Source: an uncultured delta proteobacterium (GTDB taxonomy: Bacteria; Myxococcota; Myxococcia; SLRQ01). Taken from it: a stretch of DNA of 64,000 nucleotides. The stretch's first letter is position 1; the number at the start of each line of letters is the position of its first letter. The position numbers and the translations under genes were made by a program. Below, one piece after another: positions 19,528 to 30,444 of the stretch. Location: assembly GCA_963727485.1 (NCBI GenBank), contig CAVSGM010000001.1, positions 800,001-864,000 of the forward strand, read 5' to 3'. The notes under the pieces were generated by a model. The model did not search any database. It was not told the DNA's origin and saw nothing but the letters and a program-made list of their open reading frames with translations.

Positions 19528-21957
19528 ATGCCGGGCCGTACCGTCACCCGGAGCCTCTTGCTCCTCCTCGCGCCCCTGGCCCTGGCCGGCTGCCCGCCCA
19601 CCACCAGCGCCCACCTCTACAAGACCATGCCGGTGGCGCCGAGCTACAACGAGACCGACGTCGCGGCCATGGCGCACCTCGGGGCCCACCGGGTGGACCA
19701 GGGCGTGGACTTCGGCGTCTACTCCGGGCACGCCACCCGGGTGGACCTGCTCCTCTTCGACGACCCCGAGTCGAGCAAGCCCACCCGCGAGCTCCAGATG
19801 AAGCGCTTCGGCGACGTGTGGAACCTCTACGTCGAGGGCGTGGGGCTGGGGCAGTACTACGACTACGTCGCCTGGGGGCCCAACTGGAAGTACGACCCCG
19901 GCTGGTACCCCGGGTCGATCAAGGGCTTCGTCGCCGACGTGGACACCCAGGGGAACCGCTTCAATCCCAACAAGGCGCTGCGGGATCCCTACGCGCTGGC
20001 GGTGAGCCGGGACCACGACTGGTCCAAGGGGTCGCTCGCCAGCGGGCCCGCGCGGACCCAGAGCACCTGGGCGGCGGCGGCCAAGTCGGTGGTCGTGGAG
20101 AGCCAGTACCACTGGAGCGCCAACGAGACCCAGTGGCGCCAGGACCGGGAGAACCCCGACTGGCAGGGCCACAAGTGGAATGACCTCATCATCTACGAGA
20201 CCCATCCCAAGGGGTTCACCGCCGACCCGGCGTCGGGGGTGAAGTTCCCGGGCACCTACAAGGGCATCGGCGAGAAGGCCGACTACCTCAAGAAGCTGGG
20301 CATCAACGCGGTGGAGCTGATGCCGGTGATGGAGAAGCCGCTGGACGGCGGGTACTGGGGCTACCAGACCCTCAACTTCTTCGCGCCCGAGCTGACCTAC
20401 GCCGCCGCCGACGAGGGGCTCAAGGACATCGACGACGGGCGGATCATCGACGAGTTCAAGTGGATGGTCGACCAGCTCCACCAGGCGGGCATCGAGGTGA
20501 TCCTCGACGTGGTCTACAACCACACCGGCGAGGGCGGGCTGTGGCGGGAGAAGCTCCAGTTCTCCGACACCAACCCCGATCCCGGCACCGCCGACTCCAA
20601 CCTGGTGAACCTCGACCCCCAGGAGGTCGCCAGCCTCTACAGCTACCGGGGCCTCGACAACATCTCCTACTACGCCCTGGTCCCAAGCGACCCGCGCTTC
20701 TACATGAACGACACCGGCGTGGGCGACACCTCCCGGGACAACTACCGGCCCATGCACCAGCTCATCCTCGACTCGCTCCACTACTGGGCGAGCGAGATGC
20801 ACGTCGACGGCTTCCGCTTCGACCTGGCGCCGGTGCTCGGGGAGAAGGACCGGGTCTTCGGCAGCTCCTGGGACCCGAAGAACACGGTGCTCCAGGAGAT
20901 CATCGACGACCCCCTGCTGCAGAAGTACGACACGCGGATCATCGCCGAGCCCTGGTCGGTCACCGGCTTCCACCTCGGCGACTTCCCGGTGGCGTCGAAC
21001 TCTTCCGACGGCCGGGTGGCCTTCTACGAGTGGAACGGGAACTTCCGCGATTGGTGGCGCTCGTTCCTGAACAACGACTCGTGGACCCTCAACACCCACG
21101 AGGGGAAGATCGACGGCGGCGGGGCGCTCACCGGCTCCTACGACCTCTTCCACGCCAACGGGCGGCACCCGTACCACTCGGTGAACTTCGTCACCATCCA
21201 CGACGGGTTCACCATGTACGACCTGTTCTCCTACAACGTGAAGCAGAACGGGTGCGGGCCCCTGAACCCGGTGTGCTGCGACCATCCGACCAGCCCCTTC
21301 TGCACCCGGGACGACGGCGAGAACAACAACCGCTCGCGCAAGTGGGACAGCGAGGACATGAAGCGCCAGCTGATGCGCGACATGTTCACCGCGATGATGA
21401 TCTCCGAGGGCACCCCGATGCTCCTCGGTGGCGACGAGTGGATGCGCACCCAGCTGGGGAACAACAACGCCTACTCCACCGGGGCCGACAACTCCCACAA
21501 CTGGTACCAGTGGGGCGAGTGGCAGGCGAAGGACCCGAACGTCCGGATGCACGACTTCGTCCAGAAGATCATCGCCTTCCGCAAGTCGCATCTCTACGCC
21601 TTCGCCCCGGCGGACTACGGCACCGCCCAGTTCACCTGGGACGGCACCGGCGCCGCGGGCAACCCCGACTGGTCGAGCCGGCACATCGCCATGTACTTCG
21701 ACGACGGCGGAAAGGACCCGCGCCTCGAGGTGCTGATCAACATGGAGACCAGCCCGGTGACCTTCACCCTCCACTCGGGGAGCTGGGAGCGCCTCCTCGA
21801 CACCCAGCAGTACTTCGACTCGGACACCTATCTGCAGCAGGGCAGCCTCGACCCCAAGGTCTCCCACAACATCACCCTGAAGAGCCCGGATCCCATCCCC
21901 GGCACGCAGTACGAGGTCCAGCCGCGGTCGATCGTGGTCCTCCAGGCGACCCCCTGA
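19528..21957 (+). CDS. Lipoprotein isoamylase / glycogen-debranching enzyme (GH13, GlgX-like)
   Basis: Lipobox LALAGC; IYETHPKGFT, AVELMPV, YWGYQTLNFFAP, DVVYNHTGEG, DGFRFDLA, IAEPW, VTIHDGFT, GNNNAY. Confidence 0.93.
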   Translation: MPGRTVTRSLLLLLAPLALAGCPPTTSAHLYKTMPVAPSYNETDVAAMAHLGAHRVDQGVDFGVYSGHATRVDLLLFDDPESSKPTRELQMKRFGDVWNLYVEGVGLGQYYDYVAWGPNWKYDPGWYPGSIKGFVADVDTQGNRFNPNKALRDPYALAVSRDHDWSKGSLASGPARTQSTWAAAAKSVVVESQYHWSANETQWRQDRENPDWQGHKWNDLIIYETHPKGFTADPASGVKFPGTYKGIGEKADYLKKLGINAVELMPVMEKPLDGGYWGYQTLNFFAPELTYAAADEGLKDIDDGRIIDEFKWMVDQLHQAGIEVILDVVYNHTGEGGLWREKLQFSDTNPDPGTADSNLVNLDPQEVASLYSYRGLDNISYYALVPSDPRFYMNDTGVGDTSRDNYRPMHQLILDSLHYWASEMHVDGFRFDLAPVLGEKDRVFGSSWDPKNTVLQEIIDDPLLQKYDTRIIAEPWSVTGFHLGDFPVASNSSDGRVAFYEWNGNFRDWWRSFLNNDSWTLNTHEGKIDGGGALTGSYDLFHANGRHPYHSVNFVTIHDGFTMYDLFSYNVKQNGCGPLNPVCCDHPTSPFCTRDDGENNNRSRKWDSEDMKRQLMRDMFTAMMISEGTPMLLGGDEWMRTQLGNNNAYSTGADNSHNWYQWGEWQAKDPNVRMHDFVQKIIAFRKSHLYAFAPADYGTAQFTWDGTGAAGNPDWSSRHIAMYFDDGGKDPRLEVLINMETSPVTFTLHSGSWERLLDTQQYFDSDTYLQQGSLDPKVSHNITLKSPDPIPGTQYEVQPRSIVVLQATP

Positions 21958-21961
21958 TCCC

Positions 21962-23485
21962 GTGAACCGAGCCTGGCGCCGACCCCTCCTCGCGGTGCTC
22001 CTCCTGGCGACCGCCCTGCCGCCCGGCGTGAGCCGTGCCGACGCCGGCGACAGCCGGGCCTCGGTGGGCGGCTACTTCCGGGTCATGGCCCGCCCGGACC
22101 TCCAGGGCGGCGACGGGCGCCTCGGGTACTGGAACCTCTACGGGCGCCTGCTCAACGAGGGGCCCTGGGCGGCCCTGGAGCTCAAGCTCGACCTCATCCC
22201 TCCGGATCCGGGCTCGGGGAAGGTGTGGACCGCGGTCCACTTCAAGCTCGAGGGGGGCTCGGTCCTCGGCGCCGACCCGGGCAACGGCAAGCTCAACGCC
22301 TTCGGGCTGACCCAGCTCTACGTGGAGGCGGGCAACGTCCTCTTCCCCGACGTCACCTGGCAGCTGGGCACCCTCGACACCTGGATGGGGGACCTCGGCC
22401 TCTACGACATGAAGCCGGCGCAGATCTTCTACGGCACCGTGGGGGTGTCGGCGACGCTGCGCAAGAAGCACCTCGACCTCACGGTGGGCGTCGGCGACTC
22501 GGGGTTCTTCCTCCTCGGGAGCCACTACAGCCCGGTGCTCACCGGCGGGGTCCTCGCCCGGATCCGGGTGGTCAGGGGCCTGGAGATCGGCGGCGGGGGC
22601 CAGTTCCAGATGGAGCCCTCGGTCCCCGACAACCCCAACGCCCCCCACACCACGCCCGGCATCCGCTACCAGGACTTCGTCCGCGGCGAGGTGGTGCAGC
22701 ACTACCTCACCCAGTACCCGGGGCAGGAGGACCAGTTCTACAAGAACCTCCCGCCCCAGGCGTCGTCGGCGGCGGCGTGGAAGCTGGTGGGGTACGTCGG
22801 CTTCGGGGGCTTCGGGCCCATCACCTGGGACAGCCTCTACGCCAACTACCAGAAGCTGCTGCCGCTGCAGACCACCACCGAGACCTACCAGGGCCGCACC
22901 TACACCCTCTACGTGAAGGGGCTCACCGACGAGCGCTACCAGGTCAACGTGGGCAACGAGATGCAGCTGTCCATCGTCCCCGGCACCCTCGACGCGGTCT
23001 GGGGGCTGCTCTACGGCCGCGACTGGAACCTCGACAACAAGATCGCCGCCGGGGAGGACAACCGGGAGTTCTACTCCACGGTGCTCCGCCTCCAGCTCTA
23101 CCTCACCAAGACCGTCCACGTGCTCCTGGAGAACAGCCTCGCCCGGGAGATCTCCCTCAACGGGGACCTCTTCCGCGCCAGCTACGACTCGGTGTTCAAG
23201 TCCACCGGTGGCCAGGCGGACACCCGGGGGCTGGCCTTCGGCGACCTGAACCACCGGGACACCTGGCAGCTCAAGGTGGGGCCGGTGTTCAACCCCGAGG
23301 GCCTCGGGATCTTCACCCGGCCCAGCCTCCGCCTGCTCTTCGGCCTCCAGCGCTCCAACACCGACGAGGCGTTTGGCTCCAGCGTCGTCAAGAGCCTGGC
23401 GGACTACAATCAGCTCAACGTGCAGCGCACCCACAACCAGTACTGGCACACCGTGGTGAGCCTGGAGGCCGAGGCATGGTTCTGA
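21962..23485 (+). CDS. Divergent LamB/maltoporin-like outer-membrane beta-barrel
   Basis: Signal peptide; GYFR..RLLNE..ALEL resembles LamB N-terminus (GYAR..RLGNE..AELKL); RPSLRL near C-terminus; ends EAEAWF; amylase context. Confidence 0.7.
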   Translation: MNRAWRRPLLAVLLLATALPPGVSRADAGDSRASVGGYFRVMARPDLQGGDGRLGYWNLYGRLLNEGPWAALELKLDLIPPDPGSGKVWTAVHFKLEGGSVLGADPGNGKLNAFGLTQLYVEAGNVLFPDVTWQLGTLDTWMGDLGLYDMKPAQIFYGTVGVSATLRKKHLDLTVGVGDSGFFLLGSHYSPVLTGGVLARIRVVRGLEIGGGGQFQMEPSVPDNPNAPHTTPGIRYQDFVRGEVVQHYLTQYPGQEDQFYKNLPPQASSAAAWKLVGYVGFGGFGPITWDSLYANYQKLLPLQTTTETYQGRTYTLYVKGLTDERYQVNVGNEMQLSIVPGTLDAVWGLLYGRDWNLDNKIAAGEDNREFYSTVLRLQLYLTKTVHVLLENSLAREISLNGDLFRASYDSVFKSTGGQADTRGLAFGDLNHRDTWQLKVGPVFNPEGLGIFTRPSLRLLFGLQRSNTDEAFGSSVVKSLADYNQLNVQRTHNQYWHTVVSLEAEAWF

Positions 23486-25800
23486 GGCGCCTGGTCGCGT
23501 TCGGCTCCGTGGTGGCCCTGCTCACCGGCGCCGGGTGCCTGGCCCACGCCCAGCTGGTGCGCCTGTCGAAGCCCGCGGCCATCGCCGTGGCCTACGTCCA
23601 GGACGACGCGTACCAGCGCAAGAGCGTCGCCATCCCCGGGGCCGTGGCCGCCCACCTCGATCGGCTCCTCGAGGGCCGCAACCTCGAGCCCCGCCACCTC
23701 CCGGCGTCGACCTGGCTCCCGCGCCTGGGTCGGATGCGGGCCACCAGCGCCCGGCTCACGGCGGTGGCGAAGGGCGCCGGCGACGCCCCCTACGTGCTCC
23801 TGGTGGAGCTGAAGCCCGCCTTCTACTCCCAGATGAACGGGCGCTACCGGTGGACCGTGGACCTCAAGGCCACCGTGGCCCCCAGAGGCGACCTGGCCGC
23901 CGCGGTGAGCACCTCGGCCCAGCTCCCGGCGTTCCTCCTCTACGACCACGAGCGCGACGCCGCCGCCATCACCGCCGTCGACGGCCTCATCGCCGACCGG
24001 GTCTCGGCCCTGGTCGACGACTTCCTCGCCAGCCGCCAGCCCTCCCCGGGAGGTGGAGGGTCCGGCGGCGCGCGCGCCCACGGCTCCGGCGGTGACCACG
24101 CCGCCGGGGCCCTGACCGGACGCAGCCCGGACCCCGCCGCCTGGCGCCCGGCGCCGTCGCCCCAAGGCGACGCCATCTACTTCGCCATGGTCGACCGCTT
24201 CGCCGACGGCGACCGGTCGAACGACGCCGGCGTCGACAGGCGCGATCCCTCGGCCTGGCACGGCGGCGACGTCGCCGGGATCCTCGCGCACCTCGACTGG
24301 CTCCAGCAGCTCGGGGTGAAGACCCTGTGGCTCTCGCCGGTCTACGACTGCCGCCACGCCAAGCTCGACGGCCACGGCGCCTTCCACGGCTACTGGGTCT
24401 TCGATCCCCTGCGCCCGGACCCGAAGTTCGGCTCCTTCGCCGACCTGCGCCGGCTCTCCGACGCGCTCCACGCCCGGGGGATGCGCCTGCTCCTCGACGT
24501 GGTGGTCAACCACCTGGGCTACGACGCGCCCCTGGTGAGCCAGCACCCGGGCTGGTTCCACCATGAGGGCGACATCACCGACTGGAACGACCCCGAGCAG
24601 CTGGTCAGCCACGACGTCCACGGCCTCCCGGACCTCGCCCAGGAGAAGCCCGCGGTCTACCGGTGGCTGATGCAGCGCGCCGAGCTGTGGATCCGCAAGG
24701 TCCACCCCGACGGCTTCCGCCTCGACGCGGTGAAGCACGTGCCGCTCTCGTTCTGGCACCGCTACGACACGGCCCTGCGCCGGCGCCACGGGGACGGCTT
24801 CTTCCTCCTCGGCGAGGACCTCGACGGCGACGCCGCCCACCTCGCCCACACCGAGCGCGCCGGGGCCTTCACCAGCCTCTTCGACTTCCCCCTGCACTTC
24901 GCCCTGGTGGACGTGTTCTGCAAGGACGCGCCGCCGGCGCGGCTGGCGTCGATCCTCTCGCTCGACCGCCTCTACCCGCGGCCCAACGAGCTGGTGACCC
25001 TCCTCGACAACCACGACCTCCCGCGGATCACCACCGCCTGCCACGGGGACCTGGGCCGGGTGCGCCGGGCGCTCATGACCATGCTGGCGCTGCGGGGGAT
25101 CCCGTCGATCACCTGGGGCACCGAGGACGCCCTGAAGGGCGCCCACGAGCCGGCGAACCGCGGCGACATGGTCTTCGACCCCAAGGCCCCGCTGCGGGCG
25201 GACATCACCGGCGACCTCGCCTTCCGCCGGGTCCACCCGGCGATCACCGGGGGGCTCACCCGGGTGGTGGACCTGGGGCCGGGGCGCCTGGCGCTGCTCC
25301 GCCTGGCGCCCGGCGACGCGGTGCTCCTGGCCCTGAACCAGGGCAAGGCCAAGGCCACCGTGACCCTGCCCCCGGCCTTTTCCGCCGCCAGCGGGGTGAA
25401 GACGGTGACCGTGCCCGCTGGCGGCGTCCTGCGCCGGGCCCTGCCGCCGAAGCACGCCGGGGGCTACCGGGGCCTGGTGACCCGGTGGCGGCGCGGCGGC
25501 ACCCTCGATCATCCGGGGGCCACGCGGCGGGTGACCGTCCACGCCACCGGCGCCCCGGTGAAGGCCGGGGACGCGCTGGTGGTCGTCGGCGCCGGTCCCG
25601 AGCTCGGATCCTGGGACCCGGCCCACGGCGCCGCCGTCGGCCCGGATCACGCTGCCCACCTGGAGGTGCCGTCGGGGCTGGTCCTCGCCTTCAAGCTCGC
25701 GGTGCGCCACCCCGGCGGCAAGGTCACCTGGGCCCAGGGCGGGAACCACTACCTGCTGGTGCCCGAGCACGGCGCGGCCGCCGCCACCGTCGCCTGGTAG
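23476..25800 (+). CDS. Lipoprotein: unknown N-terminal domain + GH13 alpha-amylase + C-terminal CBM20-like domain
   Basis: Lipobox GAGC; about 190-aa domain, Gly linker; IYFAMVDRF, FHGYW, DVVVNH, DGFRLDAVKH, NHD; VVGAGPELGSWDP..FKL..WAQGGNH (CBM20). Confidence 0.88.
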   Translation: MVLRRLVAFGSVVALLTGAGCLAHAQLVRLSKPAAIAVAYVQDDAYQRKSVAIPGAVAAHLDRLLEGRNLEPRHLPASTWLPRLGRMRATSARLTAVAKGAGDAPYVLLVELKPAFYSQMNGRYRWTVDLKATVAPRGDLAAAVSTSAQLPAFLLYDHERDAAAITAVDGLIADRVSALVDDFLASRQPSPGGGGSGGARAHGSGGDHAAGALTGRSPDPAAWRPAPSPQGDAIYFAMVDRFADGDRSNDAGVDRRDPSAWHGGDVAGILAHLDWLQQLGVKTLWLSPVYDCRHAKLDGHGAFHGYWVFDPLRPDPKFGSFADLRRLSDALHARGMRLLLDVVVNHLGYDAPLVSQHPGWFHHEGDITDWNDPEQLVSHDVHGLPDLAQEKPAVYRWLMQRAELWIRKVHPDGFRLDAVKHVPLSFWHRYDTALRRRHGDGFFLLGEDLDGDAAHLAHTERAGAFTSLFDFPLHFALVDVFCKDAPPARLASILSLDRLYPRPNELVTLLDNHDLPRITTACHGDLGRVRRALMTMLALRGIPSITWGTEDALKGAHEPANRGDMVFDPKAPLRADITGDLAFRRVHPAITGGLTRVVDLGPGRLALLRLAPGDAVLLALNQGKAKATVTLPPAFSAASGVKTVTVPAGGVLRRALPPKHAGGYRGLVTRWRRGGTLDHPGATRRVTVHATGAPVKAGDALVVVGAGPELGSWDPAHGAAVGPDHAAHLEVPSGLVLAFKLAVRHPGGKVTWAQGGNHYLLVPEHGAAAATVAW

Positions 25801-25813
25801 CCCGCCGCCGGCG

Positions 25814-27361
25814 TCAGCCCACGTGCCGCTTCCACCCCTCCTCGAAGAGGCGGGGCAGCCGCGGCCGCAGGAGCGTGTGGGGGCGCTCGGGGATCCGCGC
25901 CTCGTCCGGGGGGAAGACGAAGAGCGCCGGGAGGTCGGCGTCGTCGAGGTAGCGGGTGGGCACGGTGATCCGGAGCCGCGAGGGATCCATCGGCGGCCCC
26001 ACCCGCCCGGCGACGTAGCCCCACTCGCCGAAGCTGGGGACGTTCACGTGGTAGGGCAGGGGGGTGAGCCCGGCGGCGCGCACCGAGGCCACGATGCACC
26101 AGTAGGCGCGCCGGGCGAAGTAGGGGCTCCCGGCCTGGGCCACCATCACCCCGCCGGCGTCCAGGTGCTCGCGGACCAGGCGGTAGAACTGCACCGTGTA
26201 GAGCCGCGCCAGGGCCGGGTTCGAGGGGTCGGGGAAGTCGCAGATGATGACGTCGAAGCGCGCCTCGGGGTGGCGCTGGAGCCAGGCGGTGGCGTCGCCG
26301 GTGACGAGGTGGACCTTCGGATTGTCGAAGCTGTGGTGGTTCACCGCGGTGAGCAAGGGGTCGGTGCGCGCGAGCGTGGTGACCTTGGCGTCGAGGTCCA
26401 CCAGGGTCGCCGACTCCACCGAGGGGTACTTGAGGATCTCCCGCAGGGCGATGCCGTCGCCGCCGCCGAGGACCAGGATCCGCTTGCGGTGCGCCGCCAG
26501 CCCCATGGGCACGTGGACCAGGGGCTCGTGGTACCGGGCCTCGTCGCCGGTGTGAAACTGGAGGTGCCCGTTGAGGTAGAGGTTGGTGGTGCCCCCGGGG
26601 CCGCGGGTGATGGCGATGTGCTGGTAGGGGCTCCGGGCGGCGTAGACCAGGTGCTCGGGGGCGTAGAGGCGCCGGTCGATGACCGAGACCAGCCGGGTGC
26701 TCACCAAGAACCCGGCGACCACCGCCGCCGTCGACACGCCCACCACCACCCACAGCCCGGGCGACCGCCCCCGGTGCCGCCGGAACGCCAGGAGGATGAG
26801 CGCCGCGCCCATGAGGTTGAAGGCCCCGGCGACGAAGGCGGTCCGGGCGACCCCGAGGGTGGGGTAGAGGAGCATCGGGTAGACGAGGCTCGCCAAGAGC
26901 GCCCCGCCGTAGTCCACCGCGAGCACGCTGGAGAGCACCTGGCGCAGGGCCCCGTAGCGCTTGATGGCCCGGGTGAGCAGGGGGATCTCCAGGCCCACCG
27001 CCACCCCCACGAAGAGGATGACGCCGTAGAAGCAGACGCGGAACACCGCGCCCTCCCAGGCGAAGATCCCGAAGAGGGCGAGGATGCCCACCCCGCCGAG
27101 GACCCCGAGGCCCGCTTCCACCCACACCAGCGTCGGCACCAGGTCGTCGCCCACGAAGCGGGACAGCCAGGACCCGAGGCCCATGGCGGCGAGGAAGGTG
27201 CCGATGGTCAGGGACCACTCGGTGATCGAGTCGCCGAGGAGGAAGCTGGCGGTGGTCCCGAGCAGCAGCTCGTAGACCAGCCCGCTGATGGCGGCGACCC
27301 CGACGGCGGTGAGCAGCGCGCCGACCTCCCGGCGGTCCTGGACGGAGGGCGCGGTTGCCAA
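25814..27361 (-). CDS. speE: Membrane-anchored polyamine aminopropyltransferase (SpeE-like, N-terminal multi-TM domain)
   Basis: GLVYELL..MGLGS..GLEIPLL TM domain; SPYQ, LYLNGHLQF..DEARYHEPLVH, LGGGDG, DFPDP, VPSFGEWG. Confidence 0.92.
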   Translation of the reverse strand: MATAPSVQDRREVGALLTAVGVAAISGLVYELLLGTTASFLLGDSITEWSLTIGTFLAAMGLGSWLSRFVGDDLVPTLVWVEAGLGVLGGVGILALFGIFAWEGAVFRVCFYGVILFVGVAVGLEIPLLTRAIKRYGALRQVLSSVLAVDYGGALLASLVYPMLLYPTLGVARTAFVAGAFNLMGAALILLAFRRHRGRSPGLWVVVGVSTAAVVAGFLVSTRLVSVIDRRLYAPEHLVYAARSPYQHIAITRGPGGTTNLYLNGHLQFHTGDEARYHEPLVHVPMGLAAHRKRILVLGGGDGIALREILKYPSVESATLVDLDAKVTTLARTDPLLTAVNHHSFDNPKVHLVTGDATAWLQRHPEARFDVIICDFPDPSNPALARLYTVQFYRLVREHLDAGGVMVAQAGSPYFARRAYWCIVASVRAAGLTPLPYHVNVPSFGEWGYVAGRVGPPMDPSRLRITVPTRYLDDADLPALFVFPPDEARIPERPHTLLRPRLPRLFEEGWKRHVG

Positions 27362-28201
27362 CTACTTGCCGAAGTGGAAGCCGCCGCCGGAGTGGTACCC
27401 GCGGTGGTACGAGTGGTAGCCGCTGTGGTAGCCGCCGCAGCTGTGGCAGTTGCCGAAGAACATCAGGAGGAAGACGAGGCCGATGAACCCCCAGACCACC
27501 ATCTTGGACTGGGCCGGGGAGAGCTTGGTGACGTTGTCGTCATCGTAGGCATCGTCGTCGTCATCGTCGTCGAAGCGGTAGCAGCCGGCCTTGAGGGTGG
27601 CCGGGTCGAGGCCGAAGAGGCTGGCCACCCGGGTGCGGCTCAGGCGCTCGACCTCGAAGACCTCGATCTCCTTTTCGGTCCACTCGACGCCCACGCTCCG
27701 GGCGTCGATCCAATGCACCGTGTCGCCCACCCGGGCCTTCCAGGTGAGCTCGCCCTCGATGTGGGTGATGGAGGCGGCGCCGGCCTCCCGGGTGTAGTGC
27801 CACTTGCCGTCGAGCTGGAAGCGGCTCCCGGCGGTCTTGGGGTCGAGGGGATCGGTGAGGCGCTTGGGGGTGTAGCGGCTGAACTGGCCGTCGTCGTACT
27901 GGATCCAGGCGCTCTGGCCGTCGGCGGCCTGGAGGAGGTACTCGTCCCACCAGTAGTCGCGCTCGGCGAAGCGCAGGTGACCGACGATGCGCCAGGCGAG
28001 GCCCTGCGCGTCGGTCCCGTGCATCCCCACCTCGAGGGGCTGGGTGAGAGGCTCGCGCTGGACCACGCCGAGGAAGGCGTAGTCGGGGCTGGTGAGGTCG
28101 AGCTGGGCGCCGCAGCTCCCGCAGACCGTGGTCTTGGCCCGCGGGTTGTGGATCTCGAGCGGCGCCCCGCACTGGGTGCAGCTGATGGTCTTCGCGGCCA
28201 C
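27362..28201 (-). CDS. DUF4178-like protein with Zn ribbon, C-terminal TM and Gly/Tyr/His-rich tail
   Basis: CTQCG..CGSCG; WDEYLL..WIQYDDG; IEGELTW; TM then GGYHSGYHSYHRGYHSGGGFHFGK; GTG start 28201. Confidence 0.8.
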   Translation of the reverse strand: MAAKTISCTQCGAPLEIHNPRAKTTVCGSCGAQLDLTSPDYAFLGVVQREPLTQPLEVGMHGTDAQGLAWRIVGHLRFAERDYWWDEYLLQAADGQSAWIQYDDGQFSRYTPKRLTDPLDPKTAGSRFQLDGKWHYTREAGAASITHIEGELTWKARVGDTVHWIDARSVGVEWTEKEIEVFEVERLSRTRVASLFGLDPATLKAGCYRFDDDDDDDAYDDDNVTKLSPAQSKMVVWGFIGLVFLLMFFGNCHSCGGYHSGYHSYHRGYHSGGGFHFGK

Positions 28202-28206
28202 TTGCG

Positions 28207-28512
28207 TCAGCTCATGATGGTGGCGGCGATGATGATCGAGACGCCCAGGACCATGGCGCCCATGGCGATGGCCACCGAGATGTTGTTCTTCTCGGCGAGC
28301 TCCTTGTCCACCGAGTAGGGGGTGACCCACTCGAAGACCTTCATCCCGATGACCGCGAGGATGATGCCCAGCACGCCGTAGATGATGGTGCCCACGATCC
28401 CGTGGATCAGCGTCTCGGACCAGGCGCCGGCGGCGGCGTGGGTCTGGGCGGCGGCGAGGCTCGCCGGAAGGATGAAGGCGAGGGGGACGAGGGCGAGGCG
28501 GAGGCGCGTCAT
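28207..28512 (-). CDS. DUF350-family small membrane protein
   Basis: IYGVLGII..FEWVTPY..KELAEKNNISVAI..LGVSIIIAA. Confidence 0.85.
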   Translation of the reverse strand: MTRLRLALVPLAFILPASLAAAQTHAAAGAWSETLIHGIVGTIIYGVLGIILAVIGMKVFEWVTPYSVDKELAEKNNISVAIAMGAMVLGVSIIIAATIMS

Positions 28513-28514
28513 GG

Positions 28515-29117
28515 TCAGGTCTCCAGGTCGGACGGGGAAAGGGCCTTGCCGAGGAAGAGCACCGACACCCCCGGCGCAGCCATGACGATGGCCTGGTCTC
28601 CGTCCGCGGTGCCGTCGACGTAGGCGAACCGCTGGCCCGGAGCCAGGTGGGAGGTGATCTGGCCCTGGCCGCCCAGAAGCGAGGCCTCTCCGACCTCGGT
28701 GGCGAAAACCTTGCGGCCGAAGGCGTCGACGAGGGAGCCGACCCCGACGTCGAGGTCGAGCCCCGACTCGGAGGGGTCCGGGCCCTGCTCCCGGCGGTCG
28801 AAGAAGGTGAGCTCGCCCTCGTCCTCCTGGAGCCAGCCGAGCTGGCCGTCCTCGAAGTAGAGGGACCACTCGTCCCAGAGCCCGTCGTCGTAGTCGTAGC
28901 GGACCCGGCCCAGGGCGGTGAAGGGGCGGCCCAGGAGCTTGCCGGTGACGCCCACCTCCAGGCTCGAGGGGAGATCCGCCAGGGGTGCCACGTTGCCCGC
29001 CAGGGCCAGGGCACCCTCGGTGACCAGGCTGTAGGCCCCGCAGTAGGCGCAGACGACCACCTGGGCGGCCCCCCCGGCCTCGAGCGCGGCTCCGCAATTG
29101 GGACACGTTGCCGACAT
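28515..29117 (-). CDS. DUF4178-like protein with Zn ribbon
   Basis: CPNCGA..CAYCG; GRVRYDYDDGLWDEW..GWLQEDEG; ATG at 29117. Confidence 0.82.
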   Translation of the reverse strand: MSATCPNCGAALEAGGAAQVVVCAYCGAYSLVTEGALALAGNVAPLADLPSSLEVGVTGKLLGRPFTALGRVRYDYDDGLWDEWSLYFEDGQLGWLQEDEGELTFFDRREQGPDPSESGLDLDVGVGSLVDAFGRKVFATEVGEASLLGGQGQITSHLAPGQRFAYVDGTADGDQAIVMAAPGVSVLFLGKALSPSDLET

Positions 29118-29181
29118 GAGCCCCCAGAAATCAGAAACGGGCCCGGGCTTCAAGCCCCGCGACCGGGGGAGGGCGGGCCAC

Positions 29182-29207
29182 CGCCGATCGGAAATCGGCG
29201 ATATCCT
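29182..29207. promoter_or_regulatory. 7-bp inverted repeat and adjacent TATCCT in the divergent malK/DUF4178 intergenic region
   Basis: CGCCGAT-cggaa-ATCGGCG (29182-29200) followed by TATCCT (29202-29207). Confidence 0.35.
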
Positions 29208-29255
29208 GAGGGTCCGCCCCTGGCCCACAAGTGACAATGGCGGTACAAATCGAAC

Positions 29256-30434
<1,179 letters not shown>

Positions 30435-30444
30435 GCCGCCGCCG

